From the NCBI RefSeq assembly GCF_000021865.1, contig NC_014034.1:1770001-1802000 (forward strand): a DNA stretch of 32,000 bases, given 5' to 3'. The translations under genes and the position numbers were made by a program. The notes beneath the pieces were generated by a model that was not told the origin of the DNA, ran no database searches, and was given only the letters and a program-made list of their open reading frames with translations. Origin of the DNA: Rhodobacter capsulatus SB 1003. Its GTDB lineage: Bacteria; Pseudomonadota; Alphaproteobacteria; Rhodobacterales; Rhodobacteraceae. Numbering within the stretch: position 1 is the first letter of the stretch; each line of letters opens with the position of its first letter. Below are positions 10,204-18,293 of this stretch, piece by piece.

Positions 10204-13095
10204 ATGATCCGGTTCCTGCTTCTTTGGCTGGCCTTCGCGACCCCGCTTTGCGCGGAGGTGCTGACGCGCGATGCGCTTTCCGCGCTGATCCTGGCGCCTT
10301 ACGAACTGGGGGCGCCGGTGAATGACAAGGGGGTCTGGACGCTCCTGAATTCGGGCGGGGGCGAGGCGGGTTTCGTCTTTGAAACCGAGCCGCTGGCGCC
10401 CTTGCCGGGGTTTTCCGGGGCGCCCATCGACCTGCTGGTGCTGCTTGACCGCGAGGGGCGGTTCATCGACGTGCGGCTGTTGCGGCAAAACGAGCCGATC
10501 TTCGTTTCCGGTCTGGGCGAGGCGCCGTTCCGGGCCTTTCTGGAACAATATCGCGGCCATGCGATCAGCGAGCCGCTGGTCGTCGGCACCCCTTACGGCG
10601 GGGGCGGCACGGCCTCGGACAATGTCTATCTGGACGGGGTGACGAAGGCGACGGCCTCGGTGCGGATCGCGCATGACTCGATCCTGGCGGCGACGCTGGC
10701 GGTTGCGCGCGACAAGATGCAGGGCGTGGGGGCGGGGCCCGCGCCGAGGCCCGATCCCGCGCATGACGAGGCCCTGTCCTGGAAAGATCTTCTAGATCAG
10801 GGGCTTGTCGGGCGTCTTCGGGTCAGCGGGGCGCAGCTGGATGCGGCTTTCGCGGGCACGAAATGGGCGCAGGACGGCGCGGGCATCGACCCCGAGGCGC
10901 CCTTCATCGATCTTTACGTGATCGACCTTGGCCCGCCCGCGCTGGCCCGCGCCGTGCTGGCCCCCGAGACGCTCTCCGAGATTGCCCGTTTCACCGCCCG
11001 CGCCCCCGATGACGAGCTGGTCCTGCTGATCGAGGCCGGGCAGCATGGGCTGGTGTCGGCGGATTTCGTGCGCAACACCGCGCCCGACCGGCTGACGGCG
11101 ACGCAGGACGGCCTGCCCCTGGTGCTGCGCGATGCCGACATCCTGCCGGAACTGGCCGCCGATCTGCCGCCGGAGCTGTCCGAGGCGACGAAGATGGTGG
11201 TGCGGCTTGACCGCCGTCTGGGCTTCGATCCGACCCGGCCGTGGGAGCTGCGCCTGCAGGCCGTGCGCGAACACGGGATGTTTCAGGCCGAGGTCGGCTC
11301 GGCGCATTTTCCACTAGTGTTGCAGACGCCGGAGCGGTTCTTTCTGCGCCCCGCCGCCCCAGACCGCATCAGCCCGGTGCAGCAGGCGCTGCGCAATCGC
11401 GCCGCCGATCTCTGGGCGCTGGGCGGGTTTCTGGGCTTGTTGATGGCGGCGCTGCTCGCGCAATCGCGGCTGGCGGGGCTGCGCGCCTTTACCCCGGTGC
11501 GGCTGGGCATCCTTTGCGTCGTCATCGGCTTTGTCGGCTTCTGGGGGCAGGGGCAGCTGTCCATCGTCACGGTGATGGCGGTGGCGCGCGGGCTGGTGTC
11601 GGGCGGGCTCGAGGTGCTGCTTTACGATCCTTTCGGGCTGGCGATCTGGGGCGCGGCGGGGATCGGCTTTCTGCTTTGGGGGCGGGGATTCTTTTGCGGC
11701 TGGCTCTGCCCCTTTGGCGCGATGCAGGAATTTGCCCATCACGCCGGTCGGCTGTTGCGTCTGCCGCGGATCGAGCCGCCCGCAAGCCTTGCCCGGGTGC
11801 TGCTCTGGACGGGGCCGGTTGCGGCCGTGGCGCTGGTCGCCGTGGCCTTCCTTGCGCCGCAACATGCGGAAGCCGCAGCGGAAATCGAGCCCTTCAAGAC
11901 CGCGATCACGATGCATTTCGACCGTCCCTGGCCCTATCTGATCTGGGCGATGGGCTGGATCGCGGTGTCGATGGTATGGTTCAAGGGCTTTTGCCGCTCG
12001 CTCTGCCCCTTGGGCGCGGTGATGCGGCTGGGCGGGCTTTTGCGGCTGCGCGCCTTCATTCCGCGGCGGGCGGATTGTGGCAAACCCTGTCAGCTGTGCC
12101 GCGTGCGCTGCGCCTATGGCGCGATCAAGCGCACCGGCGAGATCCGCTATTCCGAGTGTTTCCAGTGCCTTGACTGTGTGGCGTCACTTGACGACAAAAG
12201 CCGCTGTGTGCCTTTGGTGCTGGCGGCGAACGAAAGGCTCGGGCATGAAGCGGCGGCGGTTTCTGCAGATCGTGGCGGGGCGGCGCTGATCGCGCAAGGC
12301 GCGCGGGCCGAGACCTGGACGGGCCGGGCCTTTGGCGCCGATCTGCGGATCACCGCGCCCGGTGCCCTGCCGCTGGCCGAGATCCGCGCCGAGATCGCGG
12401 CGATCGAGGCCACCTTTTCGTTGCACGCCGACAGCGAATTGACCCGGCTGAATGCGACCGGCCGCGGTCCGGGCTCGGCGCGGATGCGGTCAGTGCTGGC
12501 GGTGGCGAAACGCGTGCATGACCTGACGCGCGGGGCCTTTGATCCGACGGTGCAGCCGCTCTGGCTTGCCCTGGCCGAAGGCCGCGATCCGCTGCAACCG
12601 CGCGCGGCGATCGGCCTGCACCGGGTGCAGATCGGGCGGGAGATCGTGCTTTCGCGCGGGCAGGCGCTGACCTTGAACGGCATCGCGCAGGGCCATGGCG
12701 CCGAGCGCGTGGCCGAAATCTGCGCCCGCGCGGGCCTTGGCGATTGTCTGATCGACATGGGCGAGTTTCAGGCGCTGGGCGGGCCGTTCCGGCTGGGGAT
12801 CGAAGACCCCGAAGCCGGGCTGGTGGCGGTGCGATCACTGACGGCGGGCGCGATGGCGACATCCTCGCCCGCCGCGATGCCCTTTCCGGGGGGCAGCCAT
12901 ATCCTTGGCCCGCATGGACAAATTCCGCGCTTCTCGACGGTGACGGTGGAAGGCGCCAGTGCCACGCTCTGTGATGCCGCCTCGACCGCCTTCGTGCTGA
13001 TGGAACGCGACGAGATCATCCCAGCCGCCCGCAGGCTGCGGCTGCGCGCGGTGACGGCGGTGGATTTTCAGGGCAATTTCGAGACGCTGGTCTAA
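10204..13095 (+). CDS. NosR/NirI-family membrane protein (FMN-bind domain, polytopic CPxG region, Cys-rich FeS tail) reading in frame into an ApbE-like domain (as-read ORF, 963 aa)
   Basis: Within ORF 10009..13095. The signal-like start [17 protein letters not shown] is at ATG 10204. Putative flavinylation motif DGVTKATAS lies near 10640-10660. NapH/NosR-like motifs [11 protein letters not shown] and [10 protein letters not shown] are present, as are the Cys clusters [12 protein letters not shown] and CFQCLDC. No stop precedes the ApbE-like part. Confidence 0.7.
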   Translation: MIRFLLLWLAFATPLCAEVLTRDALSALILAPYELGAPVNDKGVWTLLNSGGGEAGFVFETEPLAPLPGFSGAPIDLLVLLDREGRFIDVRLLRQNEPIFVSGLGEAPFRAFLEQYRGHAISEPLVVGTPYGGGGTASDNVYLDGVTKATASVRIAHDSILAATLAVARDKMQGVGAGPAPRPDPAHDEALSWKDLLDQGLVGRLRVSGAQLDAAFAGTKWAQDGAGIDPEAPFIDLYVIDLGPPALARAVLAPETLSEIARFTARAPDDELVLLIEAGQHGLVSADFVRNTAPDRLTATQDGLPLVLRDADILPELAADLPPELSEATKMVVRLDRRLGFDPTRPWELRLQAVREHGMFQAEVGSAHFPLVLQTPERFFLRPAAPDRISPVQQALRNRAADLWALGGFLGLLMAALLAQSRLAGLRAFTPVRLGILCVVIGFVGFWGQGQLSIVTVMAVARGLVSGGLEVLLYDPFGLAIWGAAGIGFLLWGRGFFCGWLCPFGAMQEFAHHAGRLLRLPRIEPPASLARVLLWTGPVAAVALVAVAFLAPQHAEAAAEIEPFKTAITMHFDRPWPYLIWAMGWIAVSMVWFKGFCRSLCPLGAVMRLGGLLRLRAFIPRRADCGKPCQLCRVRCAYGAIKRTGEIRYSECFQCLDCVASLDDKSRCVPLVLAANERLGHEAAAVSADRGGAALIAQGARAETWTGRAFGADLRITAPGALPLAEIRAEIAAIEATFSLHADSELTRLNATGRGPGSARMRSVLAVAKRVHDLTRGAFDPTVQPLWLALAEGRDPLQPRAAIGLHRVQIGREIVLSRGQALTLNGIAQGHGAERVAEICARAGLGDCLIDMGEFQALGGPFRLGIEDPEAGLVAVRSLTAGAMATSSPAAMPFPGGSHILGPHGQIPRFSTVTVEGASATLCDAASTAFVLMERDEIIPAARRLRLRAVTAVDFQGNFETLV
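12245..13095 (+). CDS. ApbE-family FAD:protein FMN transferase (NosX/NirX-like); Tat-signal start lies in frame 2, body in frame 1
   Basis: ATG 12245 (AAGG 8 nt upstream) encodes [14 protein letters not shown] then TGA at 12287. The ApbE body ([24 protein letters not shown] ... [11 protein letters not shown] ... [11 protein letters not shown] ... MATSS) is in frame 1 from 12280. A one-base change in the G run at 12277-12280 joins them into a canonical Tat precursor. Confidence 0.55.
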
Positions 13096-13997
13096 CGCTC
13101 CGGCGGCTCGAAGCTGACGCCGTGATCGGCGAAGATCTGCGCGATCCGGCCATCGGCCAGCGCCGCCGCGATCGCATCATCGACCGCATAGCCAAGGTCG
13201 CGATGCTGAAAGGAAATCGCCAGCCCCAAAGTCCAGCTGGGCCGCGCCAGCCCCAGAAGCGGCGGTTCATGCAGCCCGATGCCGGGGGCCAGATGCGCCT
13301 CGAGCTCGGCGCGCGGCCCCATCGCGGCCCTCACCTCCCGCGCGGCAAGCCCCGCCATCGCCGCGCCGGTGGTTTTGTAGCGATGCACCTTGTCCGCCGT
13401 CGCCCCATGCGCGACCGAGGTCAGGAAGAAATCCGAAATCGAGTCATTCTCGACCCCCACCGGATCGTAGCGAAAGACCGCAGGCACCGGCGGCTTGTCC
13501 GGATAGCTTGCGATGTCATAGGCGATCGCCAGCCGCTCGGTCGCATATTGGCCGGTGAAGACAACCTGGTCGAAACGGCAGGCATAGGCGACATCATAGG
13601 GAACATGCCCCATGATATCAGACACATGCCCACCCACGGCCGCGCCGCGATAGACGTAATTGAGCAGATCGGCATCCAGCGTCTCGCCCGCCTGCACCAG
13701 CCGGATGCGGGGCGTGACCCCCAGATCGGCGGCAATCAGCTGTGCGATCTCGACATCGATGCCCTGCGGCTGACCGCGCTCCGCCCAGGACCAGGGCTTG
13801 TAGTTTTCATAAAGCGCCACCTCGATCCAGCCATCCTCGCGGATGCGGTCGAGGCTGCGCCCGATATCCTGCGCGGGGGTGTTTTGCAGCTTCTGTTCGG
13901 GGGCCTGCCCCTCGCAGGCGGCCCCGGCCGCAAGCGGCGCCAGACCGGCAAGGGCAAGCCCCAGCGCGACAGACCGCAGCGCCGCCCGCCCGCTCAT
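13092..13997 (-). CDS. MoxJ/XoxJ-like periplasmic substrate-binding-fold protein associated with quinoprotein dehydrogenases
   Basis: ORF 13092..13997, 301 aa, with signal peptide MSGRAALRSVALGLALAGLAPLAAGA. It has type-2 periplasmic binding protein character. Its start overlaps the stop of the upstream cytochrome gene (ATGA, 13994-13997). Confidence 0.65.
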   Translation of the reverse strand: MSGRAALRSVALGLALAGLAPLAAGAACEGQAPEQKLQNTPAQDIGRSLDRIREDGWIEVALYENYKPWSWAERGQPQGIDVEIAQLIAADLGVTPRIRLVQAGETLDADLLNYVYRGAAVGGHVSDIMGHVPYDVAYACRFDQVVFTGQYATERLAIAYDIASYPDKPPVPAVFRYDPVGVENDSISDFFLTSVAHGATADKVHRYKTTGAAMAGLAAREVRAAMGPRAELEAHLAPGIGLHEPPLLGLARPSWTLGLAISFQHRDLGYAVDDAIAAALADGRIAQIFADHGVSFEPPER

Positions 13998-14677
13998 TTC
14001 GCCGCCGACAGGCCCAGCGACAGCAGCTCGGCCGCGTGCTTGAAACTGGCCTTGTCCGCGCTCAGCACCTCGGCGGCGCGGCTGACCGTGCTGTCGGCCA
14101 CCGGCGCGCCCGAAAAGGTCTTCACCTCGGAATTGATCTGTTCCAGCTCTTCCTTGACCGCCACGCCATCCGCCGTGCCCGCCTCCAGATCGGCGACGAT
14201 CGCGCGCAGCCGGTCGGTGTGGCTGTCAAGCGCCCCATCCTCGGGCCGGGTCTCGATATAGGTGCGGATCGCCCAACCGGCCTTTTGCCCCAGAACCGGA
14301 CCAAAGGCGGGCATCTTCGTCGTGCCGTCCTGGGTATAGCCGTGCTGGAACCGCTCGGCGAACCATTCATCGCCATATTCCTCGGCCTCGAGGAAGCGCA
14401 GATCCGGCGCCAGACCGCCCGAGACCGCGCCAAGCCCATGACAGCGCGCGCAATTCTGGTTGAAACCGGAATCGCCGATTTTCACCGCCGCCTTCCAGAC
14501 CTCCTCGCCCGCCTTCTCGGCGCGATAGGGGTTTTCGGTCAGCCATTCCTCGCCCACCTCGGGCAGGGCATCGGTGTTCACCGGCTGCGGCGTCACATCG
14601 CCATGCGCCAGAAGCGGCCCCGGAAGACAGGCCAGCAGCAGGGCCGCAAGGAAACGGCGGTTGCGGACGTCGAGCAT
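13994..14677 (-). CDS. c-type cytochrome, PedF / cytochrome c-550 / XoxG-like, 227 aa
   Basis: Within ORF 13994..14746. ATG 14677 is preceded by GGGAGAG. Signal peptide, single heme motif CARCH and candidate Met ligand TTKMPAFG are present. It is translationally coupled to the XoxJ-like gene. Confidence 0.75.
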   Translation of the reverse strand: MLDVRNRRFLAALLLACLPGPLLAHGDVTPQPVNTDALPEVGEEWLTENPYRAEKAGEEVWKAAVKIGDSGFNQNCARCHGLGAVSGGLAPDLRFLEAEEYGDEWFAERFQHGYTQDGTTKMPAFGPVLGQKAGWAIRTYIETRPEDGALDSHTDRLRAIVADLEAGTADGVAVKEELEQINSEVKTFSGAPVADSTVSRAAEVLSADKASFKHAAELLSLGLSAAK

Positions 14678-14735
14678 CTCTCTCTCCCTAACGATCGGTG
14701 CTGCCACGGTGGTAACGGCCCGGGCCCGTCCGCTG

Positions 14736-14755
14736 CCATTCGACATTGGTCGAAC
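14736..14755 (+). promoter_or_regulatory. candidate operator, CCATTCGACATTGGTCGAAC
   Basis: Lies in the 200-bp divergent intergenic region. It resembles CCAATGCGACCATTGGAC at 24938-24955. Confidence 0.35.
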
Positions 14756-14802
14756 TCCGGGGCCGGGTCTGCCGCGATCCTGCCCCAGCCGCGGCCGGGG
14801 GC

Positions 14803-14824
14803 GTATTGGCCATTGGTCTAATAG
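14803..14824 (+). promoter_or_regulatory. candidate operator, GTATTGGCCATTGGTCTAATAG
   Basis: Contains CCATTGGTC + AATA, the core shared with 23010-23023 and 24947-24960. It ends 53 nt upstream of ATG 14878. Confidence 0.35.
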
Positions 14825-14877
14825 GAAGGCCGGGGCGGAGGCGGTTAGCCTTTGCGCAAGGAACGAGGGAGGACAGG

Positions 14878-15858
14878 ATGATCAGAATGACGCGCCGGGC
14901 CGCGCTGGCCTCGGGCCTTGCGGCGATGCTGGCCGGGGCCGTGCCCGCGCGGGCGCAGGATCTGCCGGTGCTGACCGTGGCGGCGCTGGAGGGCGGCACG
15001 GTGAACTGGGAACTGGACACGATCCGGCATTACGGTCTGGACCGGGCGAACGGCTTCAGCCTGAGCGTGCTGCCCGTCGCGGGCAATCCCGCGGCCGAGG
15101 TGGCGCTGCAGGGCGGCGCGGCCGAGGCGATCGTGACCGACTGGTTCTGGGTCGCGCGGATGCGTGCCGAGGGCAGGGATTTCACCTTCATCCCCTATTC
15201 GCGCGCGGTCGGCGGCCTTTTGGTCAAGCCGCAATCGGGGATCGTCGATCTGACGGATCTGAAAGGGAAAAAGATCGGCATCGCCGGGGGGCCCCTGGAC
15301 AAGAGCTGGCTGATCCTGCGCGCCTATGCGCGCCAGAAATACGGCATGGATCTGGCGCAGGAGACCGAGCAGGTCTTCGGTGCGCCGCCCCTGATCATGG
15401 AGGCCGCGCTTTCGGGCGAGGTCGATGCGGCGATCAACTTCTGGCATTTCGGCGCCAAGATGCAGGCGCGGGGCATGGAGACGCTGGTCTCGACCTCTGA
15501 GGCGGCGACGGCGCTGGGGCTCGATCCGGAAACGCCGCTTCTGGGCTATGTGTTTTCGGAGAAACTCGCGCAGGAGAAGCCCGCCGCGGTGGCCGGTCTG
15601 CGCGCGGCTTCAAAGGCCGCCAAGGCGCTTCTGGCCAGCGATGACGCGGCCTTTGCCCGGCTGCGCGCGATCATGAACGCGAAATCCGACGCGCAATATC
15701 TGGCGCTGGTGGCGGGCTACCGGGCGGGCATCCCGACCGATGCGCCGGTGGATCAGGCCGCGGCCGACAAGATGCTGAAGCTGATGGCCGGGATCGGCGG
15801 CGCGGAGCTTTTGGGCCCGGTCCGGGATCTGCCCCCGGGCACATTCCTGACGCAGTGA
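14878..15858 (+). CDS. ABC transporter substrate-binding protein, NitT/TauT (NMT1-like) family, Tat-like signal
   Basis: Within ORF 14746..15858. ATG 14878 follows GAGGGAGGA. N-terminus is MIRMTRRAALASGLAAMLAGAVPARA. Confidence 0.75.
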   Translation: MIRMTRRAALASGLAAMLAGAVPARAQDLPVLTVAALEGGTVNWELDTIRHYGLDRANGFSLSVLPVAGNPAAEVALQGGAAEAIVTDWFWVARMRAEGRDFTFIPYSRAVGGLLVKPQSGIVDLTDLKGKKIGIAGGPLDKSWLILRAYARQKYGMDLAQETEQVFGAPPLIMEAALSGEVDAAINFWHFGAKMQARGMETLVSTSEAATALGLDPETPLLGYVFSEKLAQEKPAAVAGLRAASKAAKALLASDDAAFARLRAIMNAKSDAQYLALVAGYRAGIPTDAPVDQAAADKMLKLMAGIGGAELLGPVRDLPPGTFLTQ

Positions 15859-16685
15859 TGGTCCTCATGGCCCGCAAGCCGCAGCCCGAGGCCGGGGCGG
15901 GGATCCTCGCCGCCCCGCCTGGCGCGGGCGGGCGGGAATGGCGCGCGGTCGGGCGCACGGCGGTTTCGATCCTGGCGGCGCTGCTGCTTTGGGCGGCGAT
16001 CGCGGCGGTGCTGGGCGATCCGTCCCATGCGCCCGGGCCGCAGCAGGTGCTGCCGCAGCTGGCCGAGGGGCTGGTCTCGGGGCGGATGCTGCCCGATCTG
16101 GGCGCGACGCTGGCGCGGGTGGGGGCGTCCTTCGCTCTGGCGATGCTGGCGGGGACGGTGCTGGGGATCGTGCTGGGCCTGTCGCGGCGGGTGAACGACT
16201 GGTTCGACCCCTGGCTGACGATCTGGAACAACATCCCGGCGCTGGTGCTGATCGTGCTGTGTTACCTCTGGATCGGGCTGAACGAAACCGCGGCGATCAC
16301 CGCCGTCGCCTTGAACAAGGTGCCCTTGGTGGCGGTGATCCTGCGCGAGGGCGTGCGGGCGCGGGACCCGGCGCTGTCGGAAATGGCCCGTGTCTTCGGC
16401 ATGGGCTTTGTCGCGCGGCACCGCCATATCCTGATCCCGCAGCTGATGCCGCATCTGATCGCCGCGGCGCGGGCGGGCGTTTCGCTGATCTGGAAGGTCG
16501 TGCTGGTGGTCGAATTTCTGGCCGCTCGAACGGGATCGGCCTTTCGTATCCATCTGAATTTCCAGATGTTCGACATTGCCGAGGTGCTCGCCTGGGCGGC
16601 GGCTTTCGTCTGCGTGATGCTCGCCGTCGAATGGCTGATCCTGGCGCCGCTTTCGGGGCGGGCGAACCGCTGGAGGCGGGAATGA
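15858..16685 (+). CDS. ABC transporter permease, NitT/TauT family
   Basis: ORF 15855..16685 is hydrophobic and BPD-type permease-like. ATG 15858 (or GTG 15855) overlaps the substrate-binding protein stop. Confidence 0.75.
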   Translation: MVLMARKPQPEAGAGILAAPPGAGGREWRAVGRTAVSILAALLLWAAIAAVLGDPSHAPGPQQVLPQLAEGLVSGRMLPDLGATLARVGASFALAMLAGTVLGIVLGLSRRVNDWFDPWLTIWNNIPALVLIVLCYLWIGLNETAAITAVALNKVPLVAVILREGVRARDPALSEMARVFGMGFVARHRHILIPQLMPHLIAAARAGVSLIWKVVLVVEFLAARTGSAFRIHLNFQMFDIAEVLAWAAAFVCVMLAVEWLILAPLSGRANRWRRE

Positions 16686-17275
16686 TCGCGCTGGATCTGA
16701 CGGAAAAACGCTTCGGCGCGACGGTCATTCTGGGGGCGCTGCGCCTGCGGGTCGAGCCGGGCGAGGTGCTGGGCATCGCCGGGCCCTCCGGCTCTGGCAA
16801 ATCGACGCTGCTGCGCATCCTGGCCGGGGTGGACACGCGGTTTCGCGGCACGTTGCAGGGACCAAGCCGCCGCGCGATGGTGTTTCAGGAGCCCAATCTG
16901 ATGCCCTGGCGGCGGGTGATCGACAACATCATCCTGCCGACCGGGGTGGATGCGGCAACCGCCGAGGCCTGGCTGTCCCGCGTCGGTCTGGCGGGCTATG
17001 GCGCGCATTGGCCGGGGCAGCTCTCGCTGGGGCAGGCGCGTCGGGTCGGGCTGGCGCGGGCCTTTGCGGCGCGGCCCGAGCTGCTCATTCTGGACGAGCC
17101 CTTCGTGTCGCTGGATGCCGGGCGCGTCGCGGAGTTGCTGGATCTGACCGCCGCGCTGATCGCCGAGACGCGCCCGGCGGTGGTGCTGGCCTCGCATGCG
17201 GCGCTGGAGCTGGACCGGCTCGCCACGCGCCGCGCGCGGCTGACGGGCCGTCCGGCGCGGCTGAGCGAGGGGTGA
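16682..17275 (+). CDS. ABC transporter ATP-binding protein (short, 197 aa)
   Basis: ATG 16682 overlaps the permease stop (ATGA). Walker A GPSGSGKST, signature LSLGQ and Walker B LLILDEPF are present. Confidence 0.8.
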   Translation: MIALDLTEKRFGATVILGALRLRVEPGEVLGIAGPSGSGKSTLLRILAGVDTRFRGTLQGPSRRAMVFQEPNLMPWRRVIDNIILPTGVDAATAEAWLSRVGLAGYGAHWPGQLSLGQARRVGLARAFAARPELLILDEPFVSLDAGRVAELLDLTAALIAETRPAVVLASHAALELDRLATRRARLTGRPARLSEG

Positions 17276-17280
17276 GCGCG

Positions 17281-17493
17281 GTTTCGGGCGGATCAGGAAA
17301 GGCACCGCCTTTCCCCGCCCGTATCGCAACAGCCGCGGCATGACCGTTTCCGCAAGCGGGACAGAGGCCTGCGCTCCGCCCCGGCGGCGCGAATGCGCCC
17401 GCCATGGGCGGGGCGGGCGCAGGCCGAGGGCCTTTGGGGCCCTCGGCGGTCATGGGACAAATGGTCCGCGGGGCCTCGGCGATGGCCTCGGCC
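17281..17493. repeat. ~212-bp multi-hairpin intergenic repeat, copy A
   Basis: Aligns by eye with 22772-22983 in the same orientation. The first 42 nt differ at 1 position and a 26-nt core GCGCCCGCCATGGGCGGGGCGGGCGC is identical. Hairpins are at 17285-17321 and CCGAGGGCC-TTTGG-GGCCCTCGG. Confidence 0.8.
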
Positions 17494-17501
17494 AGTTCGC
17501 G

Positions 17502-18293
17502 TCACTCCCCCCGCGGCGCCCGTGTCCGCGCCGGTTCATAGCCCCAAAGCGCCAGCGCGAAGAACACGGCCGTGGCCCCCGCCGTCACCGCCAGCGACAG
17601 CGCATTGCCTTGCAGATGAAGCGAAAACCGGATCAGCTCGACCGCATGGGTAAAGGGGTTGAGACGGCAGATCCAGGCGAGCCAAGGCGAAGCCTCCTGC
17701 ATCTTCCAGATCGGATAGAGCGCCGAAGACAGGAAGAACATCGGGAAGATCACGAAATTCATCACCCCGGCAAAGTTCTCCAGCTGCCGCACCCGCGCCG
17801 ACAGAAGCAGGCCCAGCGATCCCAGCATCAGCCCCGACAGCATCAGCGCGGGCAGCGCGGCCAGATAGCCCATGGGCGGCAGATGGATGCCGTAAAGCCA
17901 GCCGATGCCCAGAAAGACCGCCACCTGCACCAGCCCCACCAGCGCCCCCGCCAGCAGTTTCGCCCCCAGCAGGAACCAGCGCGGCCAGGGCGCCGTCAGC
18001 ATCAGCCGCATCGTGCCGCTTTCGCGGTCATTGACCAGCGAGAGCGCGCTTTGCATCGCCGAAAACAGCAAGATCATCCCGCACAGCCCCGGCGCGATAT
18101 AGGTTTCATAGGGGATATAGGTGCGATAGGGCGGAATGATCGACATCCCCAAAGCGGCGCGAAAGCCTGCGGCAAAGACGAAAAGCCACACCAGCGGACG
18201 CACCAGCGCCGCCAGAAAGCGTTCGCGCTGGCTCAGGAACCGGGCCAGTTCGCGGGCCATGATCGCGCCCGCGGCGCGCGCGGCGGCCCTCAT
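17502..18293 (-). CDS. ABC-2 type transporter permease (PedC-like)
   Basis: ORF 17502..18293, 263 aa, polytopic. ATG 18293 overlaps the stop of the ATPase gene. Confidence 0.8.
   Translation of the reverse strand: MRAAARAAGAIMARELARFLSQRERFLAALVRPLVWLFVFAAGFRAALGMSIIPPYRTYIPYETYIAPGLCGMILLFSAMQSALSLVNDRESGTMRLMLTAPWPRWFLLGAKLLAGALVGLVQVAVFLGIGWLYGIHLPPMGYLAALPALMLSGLMLGSLGLLLSARVRQLENFAGVMNFVIFPMFFLSSALYPIWKMQEASPWLAWICRLNPFTHAVELIRFSLHLQGNALSLAVTAGATAVFFALALWGYEPARTRAPRGE

Noticed and set aside
12275-12283. Programmed -1 ribosomal frameshifting as the explanation for the ApbE frame switch.
   Set aside because: There is no X XXY YYZ slippery heptamer and no obvious downstream pseudoknot or hairpin. 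A one-base indel in the G run is the simpler explanation.
17293-17505. Small ORFs inside the two repeat copies give similar peptides, such as RPPWAGRA..EGLW and GKAVPF.IRPK.
   Set aside because: Indels between the copies shift frame repeatedly, so no single frame is conserved. The similarity is at the nucleotide level.
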